A stretch of DNA of 64,000 bases. Origin: Laetmonice hystrix. Taxonomy: Eukaryota. Each line of letters opens with the position of its first letter. The stretch's first letter is position 1. Position numbers and translations under genes: made by a program. Positions 11,505 through 25,851 of this stretch are shown one piece after another. The DNA is taken from the NCBI GenBank assembly GCA_965235115.1, contig OZ249442.1, positions 13,268,001-13,332,000 of the forward strand, written 5' to 3'. A model generated the notes under the pieces. The model had not been told where the DNA came from. It did no database searches and saw only the letters and a list, made by a program, of their open reading frames with translations.

Positions 11505-14459
11505 TCCTGCTGACTTTGGGCCTCCTTATGGGGCCCGCCTTATTGGGCCACCTGATTGGACCGCCGTATGGGGCCTTCTTATTGGACGAGAGTTAACAAA
11601 CCAGTTTCAGCTGGTCCAATAATCGCGTGTTTCTTTTTGTTCAGTCTATAAAAGTTGCTTTGATTTTCACTGGTTCACAAAACTTGCTGACTCTGTTGCA
11701 GAGTAAGGGTTGAATCTCCACAGCAGAAGGTTCATGATCATGTGTAGTCCAGATACGTGGTTATTGCATTATTAATGCTAACTAGGTCTACGGCAGGCTC
11801 ACGACTTTGTGAATTCACATTATAAGACATAGGATAAAGGCTGAGTTTGAAGATGTGAGCGGGGCAGAGATCATGATATGATCGTATAACTGAATGATAT
11901 ATATATATATATACGTATCTCAGCATGTAAAATGGTCTCCATATCCTGTCGATTTCTTAGGCCTCAGCAGTTATCTTTGTCCTCATTTTTCTTGGTTATG
12001 GTTAAGGACCATTGTGACTGTGCCGGTGATGAATATATTTGGGTTTCCACATCACAGCTAGTCTCGACCACCCAAGTGCAGAAACCCATATCATATTCCC
12101 AACATACAATGACAGATTAACGTTTACTTGCCATGGCATGACAGAAATGCCAGCGTGGTGACGGGTTGTCATCATTTCGCGCCAGCCAGGCGGTCACACT
12201 GACCAGAAGACGGAGGGCCTGTTTACTTTGGACATCCGCCGCGCAGCATGGAACAGCGACCTAACATTAGCCTTTCATATGTCGCTCCATAACCTTGGCA
12301 ACCCACTGGCCAATTTATGTTTCCATGGTGACCCCCAGGTCACATGGCCCTTCCTATTTTGATTTCCTGCATTCCCCACGACGATGCTGGAAGTTTGAGA
12401 AACTTGTGTCAGATTCCATCTGGAGGTCCCGCTGGCAGCATAGGCAGCTTATAGGAGAGTGTTAGAGTTAGTTTTCATTTATTCATTTTTCTTAACAGTT
12501 CAAAAATGTTTTCTATTGAACATGGTAGATTCTTTCGACTATTTTGTCCTGAAGTGAATAAACATTGCTTTAGCTTAGGGCCCTTTTCCATAAGGCCCAT
12601 TTAGCCACAGTTTTTACAAGTTTCCTTGCCAATGTAAAAGACTTGCAGATTTAACTTTTTTTCTTCTCGAATAAATGCTGCAGCAGAAGGCTAATTTTGA
12701 GAATTCGGGTTAAAAGGTCAAGTCCATTGTAAAATGCAAATAGATTGAAGTCAATTTCAACCAATTGGGCACAGGGAAGCTGGCCCGAAGCGGTTGACCA
12801 TTGATCTTGTGACCCCTCCACAGCCTTGCATCACAAACTACAGGCCTAGTAGGCTAGCTGTGGGGCAGTCACAGCTGGCACCTATCATAGAAGTCATTTC
12901 GTCATGATGGGATTCTACTAATTGCGAACAATTCCCTACCCTCACAATGTGTGATTTCAGTCTCCCTGAACGTGGGCGGTAAAATAACCGTAGCTGATTA
13001 TAACTGTAAATTAGTTACAGTTCTTGAATGAGAAGGGTATAACCATGCAACGGGGAGAAACAAGATGTTAGGTTGCATCGTAGTTGGATCCGAAATTACA
13101 TTAAGTAAAAATTTCTAATTGATTACATAATGAAATTACAACCAATAAGAAGCTTTGATTTAATCTTAATGTTGGTTTAATTCAGTTTAATCCGGTTTAC
13201 GTGACCATGCACGGTTTGTTTTCTAGGGTTCATAGTACCAAACTTTTGTTTCACAGACTGATTGGTGATCAAGCTCACTAATGACCGGCAATTTCTGCTG
13301 GTGTAACAACGTGGAGTTTTCATATCAGAATGAATTTAAAGGCCAAATAGTGCAGGAACGTGAAGTGAGGCAAGGTAAGAATTATGGAGGGAACCTGGTC
13401 CACTAATTCAAGCAGGCATGTCTGACGGAACATGAATCCTGAAATCACAAAGAGTCTGTGATATACAGAGCTTGCAGAGACCATACACTACAACAGCCAT
13501 TGTTGTATACTCTGTGTAGAATTCCTTATGTCGGTGCTGGCCTTGTATAACATATCCCCTACTCTATAGTACCTGAAGGTAGTGTGAATGAAGGATGGAG
13601 AGATTGAGTTGAAATACTGTGAGAAACCGTGTGAGAAGAGTGGTGTGAGAAGGGAGATGTTTGACACACCCCGTATCGCTCCGACAAATCACGCTCCTCC
13701 AGGGACGTGCCCGGAATGAAAACACAAACACAACGAGTGCTGTGTGTATATGATTGGAAGAATTCCTCCGGGCATTCACCGGTTTTTAGCCGAGTGTAAG
13801 TGTCAGCGGGGTTTTTGTGGGGGAGGTGTCAGAATGGTAAGGCTGTATCTCTGAGCCCATTGCTGAGGCACAACAAAAACACACAGAGCCATGTAACACC
13901 CTGTGTCTCAGTAACAGGAGCCCAATATTGACGGTTACCCACGGAAAGCCGACTTCCTTCCACAGGGGCGTTCTCAGTTATTTCTATTCTCAATGAAGAC
14001 TAGCTGAAGAAGGTGGGGGGGGGGGGGCTTGAGTTTTTTAAATGATTCCCCTGATAAAACCAAAGGCTTGGTTTATTCTGTGGCCGTTGACTTTTCCATC
14101 TGTAGTCATCTTCATCGTGGATCACTCCCATGTGCAGGTCTCAGGTTGCAGTCTTCACCATCTGCAGTCGTGGCCAGCTGCAGTAACCCCCGTCTGCTCC
14201 ATCTGTACTAGCACAGGTCGATGTGAGACTGAGAACCCTCAAGGCCCGGTTGCCCACTTCCTTGTATCATTACAACCTTCCATTATTGGTCAGTACGCCG
14301 GCCTATACTGGCCATGTTGAGGGTAAGAACGTACAGGAATGTAACGTATTCTGTCGTTATGATTGAGTGCCATGTAAGACAAGTACTCCGACGTGGTTCT
14401 TCCACTATTTACAAATTAAGATGAATGATGGAAGCGTTCCCGGACCCTATGACCTGTAT

Positions 14460-14580
14460 AGGCCTGGATTTCGTCTTCAAGTTTAAGCTTAAACTTGACG
14501 CTTCTGATTGGCTGGTCTGGTTAGACCAGCCAATCAGGCGCGTTAAGCGTAAGCTTAAACAAGAACTTAAGTTTTGACCG
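14460..14580. mobile_element. Short palindromic MITE-like element (CCAATCAG-core family)
   Basis: It has a perfect 15-bp hairpin, CTGATTGGCTGGTCT-ggtt-AGACCAGCCAATCAG (14504-14537), and shares GACCAGCCAATCAG..GCGTTA...CAAGAACTTAAGTTT with 48098-48218. Confidence 0.55.
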
Positions 14581-15495
14581 TCGGAGGATTACTAAAGACA
14601 GCATGATGCCCCTGAACGGATCAGGTCGGAACAGTCAGCAGATTTGATCCGCGGTCGGTGCTGGGCGGATTAATCCATGATTCATGCTGGGGACATTTGA
14701 TGGGGACGGCGGGATTATTTTGTGGGCAGCGGAGAACGTTCTGCTGGGAGAACGGTTGGTGTTGGGGGACGTGAACAGGGAATGTTGTTAGATGGTAATC
14801 GGATAGAGTAAGTGAAAGGTCAGATGAGGCGGGCTCGGATTAAATGTGGGCCGTAAATTATAATCCAGAGGATTACAGCGCAAACAATTGTGTAATCGTC
14901 GCACCATGCTGGATGATGTGTATAAAAACATCCAGGCATTCATGTTCCCTAAATGTCAGAAAAAGAGAGAGAAACGGTCGTTTTTAGATCGCACAGTCTA
15001 AACTTACCTGGTAAAAAGACACGTGGATTGCCTTTGTGTTTTATTGACCAGAATGATTGCTTCAGCAATCAGCGCTTTGCAAAAAAAACCCGATCATTGC
15101 CCAGGGAAAGACCGTATAGGTTTTCTGACAATATTCAAGGAACTCAGAAGGACTGTGGGGCCACTATGGTGTAGACATTGGAGTCCGACTCACAGGGACT
15201 CATGGGAAGGAATGTGCTTGTCTTGTACTACCTACATCATTTATAGCAGACAGGTATGTGTTCTCTTGGTGTACATACCCAATCACAGATCTCCCTTTGT
15301 CTCAGTGTTCTGCCCCCATACATACAGGTACGGTTGTACTGCTTTGTGAATTTTCACGTTCTACCAGTTTCAACACACTTCGCCAGTTTAACAGATACAG
15401 AGATGGAAATGAAGCAGATGTAAAACTGGTCAATGGCGGCTCGTTCAACAGCAGTCAAATTGACACGAGCTGATGCTGGTATCAGAGTTGGACAG

Positions 15496-15692
15496 TGCAG
15501 CTCTCAAAGTGGCCAGAGATTCACAATTACTGCAGCTCTCAAAATGGCTAGAGATTGACAATTACTGCAGCTCTCAAAGTGGCCAGAGATTGACAATTAC
15601 TGCAGCTCTCAAAGTGGCCAGAGATTGACAATTACTGCAGCTCTCAAAGTGGCCAGAGATTGACAATTACTGCAGCTCTCAAAGTGGCTAGA
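15496..15692. repeat. Minisatellite, 35-bp unit, about 5.6 copies
   Basis: TGCAGCTCTCAAAGTGGCCAGAGATTGACAATTAC starts at 15496, 15531, 15566, 15601, 15636 and 15671. Confidence 0.95.
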
Positions 15693-18600
15693 AATGTCTG
15701 TACATGCCGGCAATATGGCAGTAGTACGAATGTCTGTCAGGTTTGACCTGAGATGGTAGACCATGTAGTCGTCAGCGTGCTCTGACAGCAGCAGCAGTCT
15801 ATCTGTCAGCCACAGTCATGTCTTCTCTCGGCATCCATTGTCCCGCGAGGACGTGATTCGCTCCATACCCGCCACCTTACCCACGCCTGCAAGCTAATGC
15901 GGGTTTATGGGGCTATGACAATGACATATGCTAGCAACTCTGCTACCTCAGCAACGTTACTGATCTTTCCTGTTTAAAAAAAACCGCCTGAGTTCATGCG
16001 TTAGCAGCAATGGACAGGCGAGTCAATGTACCGCGTCATTCCTGTAGATTTCCTGGTTTCTGACGGAGAGCATCAGGTGCAGTTCGCAACATTTGACTTT
16101 CTCTCAGCCATTCTGTCACAGGTGCATCTGTGTGTCGATGGTATTAATGTTACATTGAGTAAAGTTTCACCATCCTACATTCACGTAGATTTAGTATTTG
16201 ACGTAGAACGAGTAAGTGGTGAGAATAAATATTTTAGCGATGTGTCTCGAGCAGTGTATCATTGGGATTGATGTCTCCTCTGACTCGCGGGGACAGAAAC
16301 GATCGTCAGACAGTGTGATTTATTATTGTCAGTGCGGTAATGAAAGTCCAAGTGCAGGTCGTGGCAAGCATCCCACAATTAGTCGGGACTCTTTTAATGA
16401 CAGTGTAAAGTTTATTTTATCCGAGTGACAAGGCCTCCGGCGCACGGTTAATCAAATGGCAAAGTTTAAAGCAATCAAGTTTGGTCAAGAGGTCGAGGCA
16501 GCGTTTTTTTATGTGGCTTCAAATGGAGTCAAATGACCCAATTATGGCTGGGTGTCCATCTTGTAATGACGTTCGTTCACACGGCCGACGGTTGGTTTTA
16601 GTGATGTTTTAACAAACCTTTTGTACCATGGAGGTATAATGACTGAAAACACGAATAAAAAAGACAATGGAAACATTTCACAGCAAAAAAATGCCCTTTA
16701 CGCGGTTAATGGCCAATATTCTGTCGCATTTGTCATTGAGACCAAGTATACATGTGGACCTCCATGCTTCCCCCTGCGGGGTATATATCTGTCCAGTATG
16801 TCTGACGTTGACATTAACAGGTGTTTCATATACTGGTACCATTGTTTGTGACATGTGTCCAGTCTGTCTAATGTAATTCGTGCATTAATGCACATCGGGC
16901 ATCCCCAGAATCAAGCTTTAGGCTAATGACTGACAGGTTGTATAGGTCACTGGGTGCAGAATACGTGCACGACGGTGCAATATCGACAGTGCAATCTGAG
17001 CAGTCCGTTGTGAGGTGAGATATAGGAACCGCCTTTATTGTCATGTTTATTAACGGGACGAAAGAACAAGCGCTGGATCACAAAGCAATTACGTTATCCA
17101 TGTACATGTATTCATGTACATGGCCCACAGGATAGCGATGTTCTGTACATAATAAATACGGCTTCCATCATATGTACCAGGAGTGATGAAGCAGCGTAAA
17201 ACTCTGCACACTTGTTGTGTTCAATCATGGCTGACCAGGCGTCTGTCTCATAGTGTGTTCAGTGAACAGGAAGATTTGGGCATCATCGTAAGACTGTTGG
17301 CCTCACCATTCATCTCAGCAAGGCGATTCATCCTCGGCTATTGTCATCCGTTTCTGTCACCTGCTCAGTAATGAGCTTGGAGTCAGTACATAGTTACTTC
17401 ATAGTGAAATTGTTCAGTTTGATCCTTATGGTTACACGGTTATGATCTGTTTACTGAAATTTGTAGATTTATCTCATGTTTTTCAAGCGATCAACAACTA
17501 CTCGTCATAGGTTTGATCCTAGGATCAGATTATTCTGTATTATGCCCTCCGGTAGCGTTCACATTAGAATGTTACTTCATTTGAGTTATTTGTGATCTTT
17601 GTTTAAGCTAAACTAACTCTGCGTGCTTTTGAAAACAATTTTGTGGCCAAAGGTTGTTTCAGAACGACAAGAAAAAAATATGGAAAGAAAAAAGTTGGAG
17701 AACCCGATACAAAGGAGAGGCCATTGCCTTTGACCTTTGCAAATGGATTTCCTTGTAATTCCTCTCTTTTTTAAAAAAGAATTCTACTAATAAAGCTTTT
17801 AAATAATGAGCTTCATAATGTGACGGGTGAAAACATCAAAGGAATTCTTTTAAGTAAGGGATTTATCCGATTTCAGAGGCACTTTTTAAATTTTGAGCGA
17901 AGCAGGTCACTCATTAGCCGCAGGTGAATTTTCCATGCCAGGAGTGCGCGTTTGCAGGCACCAGGACCGTTTGCAGGTGGCTGCAGGTTGTACACCTGCT
18001 GTTGCTGTCACAGAGAGCTTTTGAAAGCGCTATCTGTGTGGCAACCTACCCGAGCCAGTGAGTCAGTCTGCTAATCCGGGCTTAATTAAACCACTTCCTT
18101 TGTGATCTGGATGATCTGGGTGCGGCGTCAGCCAGCGCCGGATCCGCCGGCGATTTGACACAGATGGAAGTGAGGCATTTGCTGTATTGGAATGGCTGCA
18201 GGCAGGAACAAGCAAACTGTCCCTGACCCCCAACTCAGCATCAGGACCCCTTCACTCGTAGAATTAGGCATACCTCACATGACAATTCCAACTGTGGGAA
18301 TCCTTCATTTTGTGCTTAACGTGCACTTCCTACTCGCCCCAACCACTCCACCCCACCCCCATTATCTTAATAACCCCTCGAGAATGTCTCGGATAAAAAA
18401 CATGAAAATGACTTCTTGCAGATTTGACTTAACGCTGGAGTGAATATAACCATATTATATCTCTCACGTAGTTTCTTCTGTAACGTGATTTTTTCCCCAA
18501 CATATGTTGAGTCATTAAGAGAACAAGCTCCAATGTTAACACCAGTGTGTTCAAACTGATTTTCCAATTTCCTGTCGGATAAAAAAGGACAGAAATTCGT

Positions 18601-19635
18601 TTCTTTTGATGCAGATGTGCATTAGTTTGTGTAAGGATGTTTGAAGATGATTCTAGTCTCAGAGAAAGATTGTAGCTTGGCTCTCGTCTTTCTTGTCTTC
18701 TGTCGGTTTTAGGGGTCTGAACAAATAACCATGGTTACCCTGGGAATGGAAAATGTTCCTTTCATCAGTTGTGAATAGAATTCCACCCATTTCTGTCTGT
18801 GTCTCACAGTTGAAGTGGAGGGGGTGGGGGTATCTGTGGTATCCTGTCGGAATGGGCGCACGGTTTGTCGTACTTGGCACACGTTTTGCTGAGGTCTGCA
18901 CACGTGTCGCAGCTTAGCGTAGCGTGAGATGCTGTTCCATGTCTGACATGCAAGGGCTCATGGGAAGGGCACAGAGGTCAGCTATGGGGTCAGGTTGCAC
19001 AGGGCGCCATTATAGACTTTCCTTTTGACCTATGACCCTGAGCTGCCTGACTATGCCCTCCTTATGGAAGAACTGGGGTTGAGAATAGCGTTTCTGACCC
19101 GGAGTTCAGAGAAAGGGTTGTAAGGCAGGATACCATTGTTATATTTCGGGTGTCTGTGTCCACCTCCTGCTGGGCTGTCGTACAGGGCTGAAGTAAACTA
19201 GAGGAAACTCGACGACATGGCTGACAATTACGATTAGTTAAAAACAACAAGATAAATAAACCATGCATTTATCATGTTACATCAACCAGGACATCGCGGA
19301 CAGTCGTGCAATTATCTAGGGTTTGAGATAATGGTGAGTTTGTCGACCGTATTGCCAATTGTTCAAAAGTGGCGTCTCGTAGTCGTGCAATATAATTTAT
19401 TATACTGCCTTTTGGCCTGGGGATACTGAATGAACTGGGCATGTGTCGGGTCGTCCCGGTACCTCTGATGTGTACCAGAAGAACTTGCCGTGTTTGTGGC
19501 TTGAATAAAAACTTTCTCGTTTGACTGCAGATAGATCAGGCCAAAGTTTGAGCCTGACCGACATCTCCAGACCACTGATTGACGAATTCTGTTTCTAATG
19601 ATTCGCGCTACCTACCGCCTTCTTGACGTACACGT

Positions 19636-19744
19636 CCGACTTGACGTTTGGTGGCCGACTGAATGGGGCACGCTACATTTCACATGAGATTCTGATTGAC
19701 ATGGCCTGCTATCGGCTATAGCCATCTTTTTGTCGTCAAGTCGG
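19636..19744. mobile_element. Possible small MITE remnant
   Basis: An 11-bp inverted repeat, CCGACTTGACG / CGTCAAGTCGG, flanks about 90 bp with a central CTGATTG. Confidence 0.35.
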
Positions 19745-22700
19745 CAGGAATGAATTCCGTCTGACTGATATTTGTGCATGTCTTATCGCGTTATGGGCGT
19801 GCGCGTTGCCGACATGGGTTCAGTGACCAGGTGGGGGGGGGGGGGCACGGTCGTAGGAAGGGCACGGTCGGTGGGGGGCGTTATAATGGAATAATCATGT
19901 TCCCGTACGCCTAGCGACTTTCTAACCTGACACCGGCCACCAACCGGCCAGGCGGAAAGAAGACAGCCAGTGTAATTACAAAACCTAACAAACCAAGTTG
20001 ACGAAATGACCACCCCAAGGAACACGCTTTTGTTGGGCGTTATTAATTCCGTAATTCACCTAGTCCTCTCTCAGGGACATCAGCCCGTGTCTGGCGGCGA
20101 GCGCTTTCTTCATGGGCCCAGTTATTCATGATTTAGAATGAGATGCGTCGAAGATTCCGACTTCACAGCGTGATTAGATTAGGAGGAAGGAGATGAGGCG
20201 CTGGGAGGTCGGGTCAAGATGTGATCTTAGTCATCCTCGGAATCGTCATTAGTGACAGTGCCGTCTCAACGGGTGGCAGTCTTCTTACACCTCTCAAAGT
20301 GAAGCGGGATCGATGGGGGCTCTCTGCGCCTTTGTAAGGGACATGGGTGATAATTTGGAGTTACAATTTGAAAGTCATTGCCAGATGGTTTATTTAAAGA
20401 TAACATGGGTATGTCCCTCTCTGGCTTTAGTGCTGTGCAAAAACAACCATAGCGTGACGATAGGGGAAAAAATTCTTTTTTTAATCCTCTGATATAACTT
20501 GAAAGCGAACCCTCCAGAGCCTGAGCGACAATGCATGTAGCCGTCAAACGGACAGTCAAAGTTGGATCATGCGATGCAGGAATGGTTTTTGACATCGCAT
20601 GTTTCCCTGATTATGAGCATGATATTAATATTATGATTTAAATTCTCCTGGATGACCCCCCCCCCCCCCGTCTGTTGCACCCAACTTGACCCGAGATCAT
20701 CATTTTAATTAGTGGTCCCAACCAATAAGGCCGACCCGCGGGATCTGTCCTTATATCCGTGTTATTCACGAGGGAGCGTTCATTGTCTGGGTTTGTGGTC
20801 CGTAAGCCAGATGTGGGTGGCGAGCATCCGTGACGATCTAAGTCGAGGTTGTGTACTGCTGCCTGTCTGTCATCCCTGTTAGGACAGACAACCACAATGC
20901 GGACATGTAGCGTTATCTGCTGTTATCATCCATCAGCTGCTGCTATCAGCAGAAGCTATCTCTACCACCGGGAACAATAATCTGACAGTTTAATTGACGT
21001 GTCACCCTGGGAACCATCCGCTTGTCGTTCAACACACACATTACAATTAAATCATCCCATTATACCAAATCAAAATTTTCCCCGGATAAAAGCTTGCTCA
21101 GCCCCCCTAACACAAACTACAAGCCCCCTCGAGATCAGGGGCTCACCGACTGACATTTTACTTCAAAATATGGATTAAGGCTGCAAATTGGTGCCTTTAG
21201 TCTGGAGCGGAATGATGACATTAAGCTGACAGAGAGGTTCATTGATGAGCAGTTCACTGTTCACGTCACCACTCCCCTGATTTTACCACCGGGCTTCAGG
21301 CCCAGCCAAACTTAACTCGACCCTGGTCGAGGCATTCAGGCGAAAATAGCTTCAGGTCGAAATGGAAAACCATTTCTAATTGTTTTTCGCTGTTATGAAG
21401 TAGAGTAGCATGTATAAGTTTTATTTTTCAGTAGATTTGTTACTAATTTGTAAAGTTGACGAACGTTGTTTGAAACTTTCATGGCTTACTTGGGTTTAGT
21501 GGTACTTTATTTAAGCAGTTAGAAAGTTGGATAAATTATAACGAAGAACCTGCCCTAGCTATTGTATTACAGTAACAAGTTTTTCATCATGGTAAGTTTT
21601 TTTTACACGTGAGCTCCTCTTTTTCAGAGCGGTACCCACTCTGTTTTCAAATAACTGGGTTATCCCTCGCCTGAGAGCGAACATTAGCCTGTTTGCTGTA
21701 TGCATAACTCTAATGTTAAGGAAATGAGGCACGTTTTAAGTTAACAGCCCTTAAAAAAAGCGTCGGGAGATATAAATCAGCGTTAGTTTTTGTGGCATCC
21801 CCATATATAACATTAACAAGCCGTTAACACCCGTCGGTACAAGTGCCTGTCACACAGGGGGTCTGCCTGTATCCAGTGGGCCTGTCGTTTTGGTCTCAGA
21901 ACTAGTCCTACCTTCAGGTTCAGTCTTTGGAAGGCGTTATGTTATCAATAGTAATGCCGTATGAAATACCAAACACATTGCCAGATGTATCTAGTCCATC
22001 CCCCTATGAACCTTTGTTCAGATAATAACGTGGTACAATTTAATCGAAAGAAACAGGGAAGTATGAAAATAACATAAAAACTTTGCACATGTTGTGTCTG
22101 GTTTCATTCCACGATGGTGTGGGAGTGTTGAAGAATGTGGTGTGGAGAAGCATGGATTTGTGAGGGTGGAGACAAAGCGTACCATTGGGTGGCCAGCAAG
22201 CGGGTGTAGCAAACCCCTGAACAGATGGCAGGTGTGGAGACCTATTAAGCTCGTTAACATCTGATTAGCGTGGTAATTGGAATGAGTTTTACCGGGTGGG
22301 GTGGGGTTGGGGTCTGTGGGGGGGGGGGGGGGCGGCATGGGAGACATGCCTGTGCACTCTGTGGTCTGGCGATCAGACAAACCTTGAGTACCCAGTCGGT
22401 GTCCGCTCAGACGGAGCATCAAGTCCATGTTATGGAGGCCATGAAATATATGGAGTATCCGAGAACTCGCAATTGATACAAACTGATCCGAAGTTCTTTG
22501 ATACAAAAGGATAGTGGGTTTCATCCACATTTCACCGAAGACTAGATAAATGACCACTATTATCTTCGCATCGTACAGCCGAATTTTGACAATAATTTCT
22601 GATAACGGATGGAAATAGGTTGGGGTGATCACAGATCATTATTATGGGAGTAGGAAAAACGAGCCTGCATATGGAGGTAAATAGGATACGGTAATAAGAT

Positions 22701-25700
22701 TACCGTGTGAAATTAAATCTTGAACAGACATGAAATACAATGCCCAATTAATGTAACGTTAAGAGAGCTGTGCTTTTGTGCCGCTGATCTTATTACAGAG
22801 AGGCAGGCAGAATATTGCCTGACGATATCCCTGAGGCTTTGGGCAAGACTTGTAATTGAATTTCTCAATTGAAATCCTGGAATTTTGTGAGTGAATGAAG
22901 CGAGCATCATTTGAACATGATGGAAATATGACGAGGAGGGTGACTTTTTGATGGTCACCCTGGAGAAGTCCTCCGCTCTCCAGGGACCTCGCATCATATC
23001 GTACACCTGATCACCATCAGAAAACTCGGAGTACAGGCAGAAGTCTGCGCACGCAACCCTGCATCGGTTCACACACCTCCCAAATGAACCCTTCCCCAAC
23101 CCATCGCCTCAAAAGAAAAAAGAAAGACAAAAAAAATTCTGGTGAAGGCAGCATGTTGATAGATAGTAGGAGGTGAGGCAGCACTTTAGTCTGACAGCGA
23201 CCAGAGACTGTCGGAGGCTAACACAGCCCACCAGATGGCGTGGATACCAAAGGTCACGTGGGACGGTGTCAGCCAATCATACTCGCCGATGATCACGGAC
23301 AATACACGTGTGGCCATGATCGGGTTGGTGGGCCAGCGCCGACTTGCCTCGCTGACGGAGTGAGGGCGTACTCTCCTAAAGAATGACATGCTTGGCTTCT
23401 GATGCCACCTCGACTTTAATGACGCATGAAGCTTGAAAAAAATTATTCACTTTCAAAAGAAACCCATATTCCCTTTTTGCTCTTCACTGGGCGTCATTGC
23501 CAAACAATAGGGTCCTATTGTAGATGTTAACTGAACTATAATAGGGCATTGAGAGAAATTAGTGAACTCAAGTACAGCTTAGTTAACTCAGAATGACGTC
23601 CTTGGCACAGCTCATAACGACACATTTGTGGATGTGTTGTGATGGTCTAGAACGGATCACAGTTAATTATAGTATCATGTAACCAGTGGGTGTGTCTATA
23701 GAAGAGATTCAAGCCAAGCTCAGGCTAATGGCAGCCTCTCCAGGAGATCGAGACAGCAGGGGGGGGGAAGGCAAGTCCGATGTATTAAACACTATTGACT
23801 CCTGCCCTTTTCTGCAGACATGTTTCTCCCGTCTCAAATTGTGTTGACTTTTGCCCTTTTCTCCCGACTCGTTCTCGGCCGAGGTTACGTCACATAATAT
23901 TTATTCTATGAGTCAGGCTAAACAAACCTCAGTTTTGAGAAGACCCTAAGATAAGATAAAAGTGTCTGGTCAGTTACGGGTATGATTTACAGATATTACC
24001 CTGGAAGACGGTTGTATCATGGTGGTTTATACTGCCAATTCAGTCAGGATAACTTGGGTGTAATTGACAGGGATGCTAATCTTCCGCAGAACCGCGGAAA
24101 TCCGCGTTGTTTCCGCACCTGCACCTCAATGGGGCCATACCCCCTGCCGCAATTTTTTATTCTTCCTCGTATTTGGTGACTTGCTGTTGGCATCCCTTAA
24201 TTGAGCTGATAAGTACCCAGTATAAAACACATTTTTACAGCACTAAATTAACACATGGAGTCGTAAACAATAAACGTAAAGGATAAACACAGGGAAGATT
24301 TTCGTAACTTTTACAGGGCAGACCCGTATGTACACGTCTTAAATATCATCTTCACTTCTTGGCTGAGAAATGCCCCTCAGAAAGTCCGCAGTTCAAAGGT
24401 TTGGAGCAGGCTGCCGCAGGGAACTTTATTAAAACACACGCTGTATTCATTGCCAGGTGATTTTCTTTTCAAAGCGAACCTCACCTGTATTTTTCCATTC
24501 TGTTCCAGAAATAACCGTCTTAAGTTGATTTGAATCCAAGTGCTCGCCACCTCCGTCTTTCATGTGGCTGGGAGGGGAATATTGACGTACGCAGATGTAC
24601 TTTGTTTTCTAATGTTCTTTGGAACCTGAAGTACAGATCCTTGGGAGTATTGATGTACCACAGGGGAGACGTAGATTGCTCGATAGATGCTGTCGGCCTC
24701 ATTCGTTGCTGAATATCTGGTGATTATTTTTAAAATGTCCATTCTCCCTTATTTGCTGTCAGTAAATCTCAGGTCACTTGATTCTCCCAATTGTCATTCT
24801 TTGACTAGTTCCCATTGCTGTGTAATGCTATCATAGTATAGAAGAATGCAGTCAATACAAGACCGGTGGTAAACGTATGCTGGCCCACCAGGAGCGGATC
24901 GATGGAGGGAAATCTTGAAAGGCTTAACGCGTCATTTGAAACAAAAAGACTGCAAGCATTTGAACCACGTGTGGACACGTAACGAGGGAGCTTTCAACCT
25001 ACCAGAAAGAGTTTTAAGGCTCATTTTTGAAAATGACAGGAAAATCGATCCTTTTCTGACTATTTACCTCAAAGCATTGCCTACTCTCACAGACGTTTTC
25101 GAGACTTGGCGATGATACATTCTGTGGCCCAATTCTGAAATACCGCACCACAATATTCAGGGGTCACCCGGCAACCATGAACGAACATAAATGCCTTGAG
25201 GTATCCCAGTCAGATATCTTCATCACTGCCTAAGTCCTGTTTCCCTTCAAAGAATAACACAGATTTATATCAGTGGCCAGTGTTGCCACCTTGGCTGGCT
25301 CTCAGGAACAGTTGCCAGTACTTTAACGGCAGTTAGAACATGACTTCTGCTGTAAGATTTGATGATAAATGGCGCTCTCTACATGAGGATCAAAGAAGTG
25401 GTGAGAAAAGGAGAACACTGGTTAAAAAAAATCACTTACAGGTAGGCCGAGTAATAGAAAAATCCATGGCTGCAAAGAAAGAAACTTATAACTGAAAAAA
25501 GTGTACAAGATGTATCGGAACCGTCTTTGTCCTCCGAATGACAAGCAACGACGTGTCATTCTGTCAACAGTGCGTCAGAGAACTGTATGAGTTCATGTCC
25601 ACTCTGCTGTGTATCCAGTCTGATATTAGAGACCACCAAAAGCCTTCCCAGCCTGTATGCAGACACTTGAAGCATGGTGTATCTGTGAAGTGGGATGTTA

Positions 25701-25789
25701 GGGAGGGAGGTTCAGAGAATGAGTTTGACCTGTTAAACCATGTCGTCGCCTGTCTGTATAATAACTCTGGCTATTGTTGTTTGCTGCAG

Positions 25790-25851
25790 GACGGACGCCA
25801 GTGGGCCCAAGGGGAAAGGATTCCGGCTCATCATCACCGCCTTCAGCGAAG
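25790..25851 (+). CDS. Internal exon of the CUB-LDLa gene (CUB C-terminus, R-TDASGPKGKGFRLIITAFSE-D)
   Basis: The acceptor is ctattgttgtttgctgcag| and the donor is GAAG|gtaagc. The 62 nt run phase 2 to phase 1. F-R-TD-(x)n-GF-x-L-x-x-TAF is the usual end of a CUB domain, and the phases match both neighbouring exons. Confidence 0.88.

Noticed and set aside
22018-23099. 204-aa and 128-aa minus-strand ORFs
   Set aside because: They have no recognisable domain, one spans a poly-G run, and no splice structure supports them.
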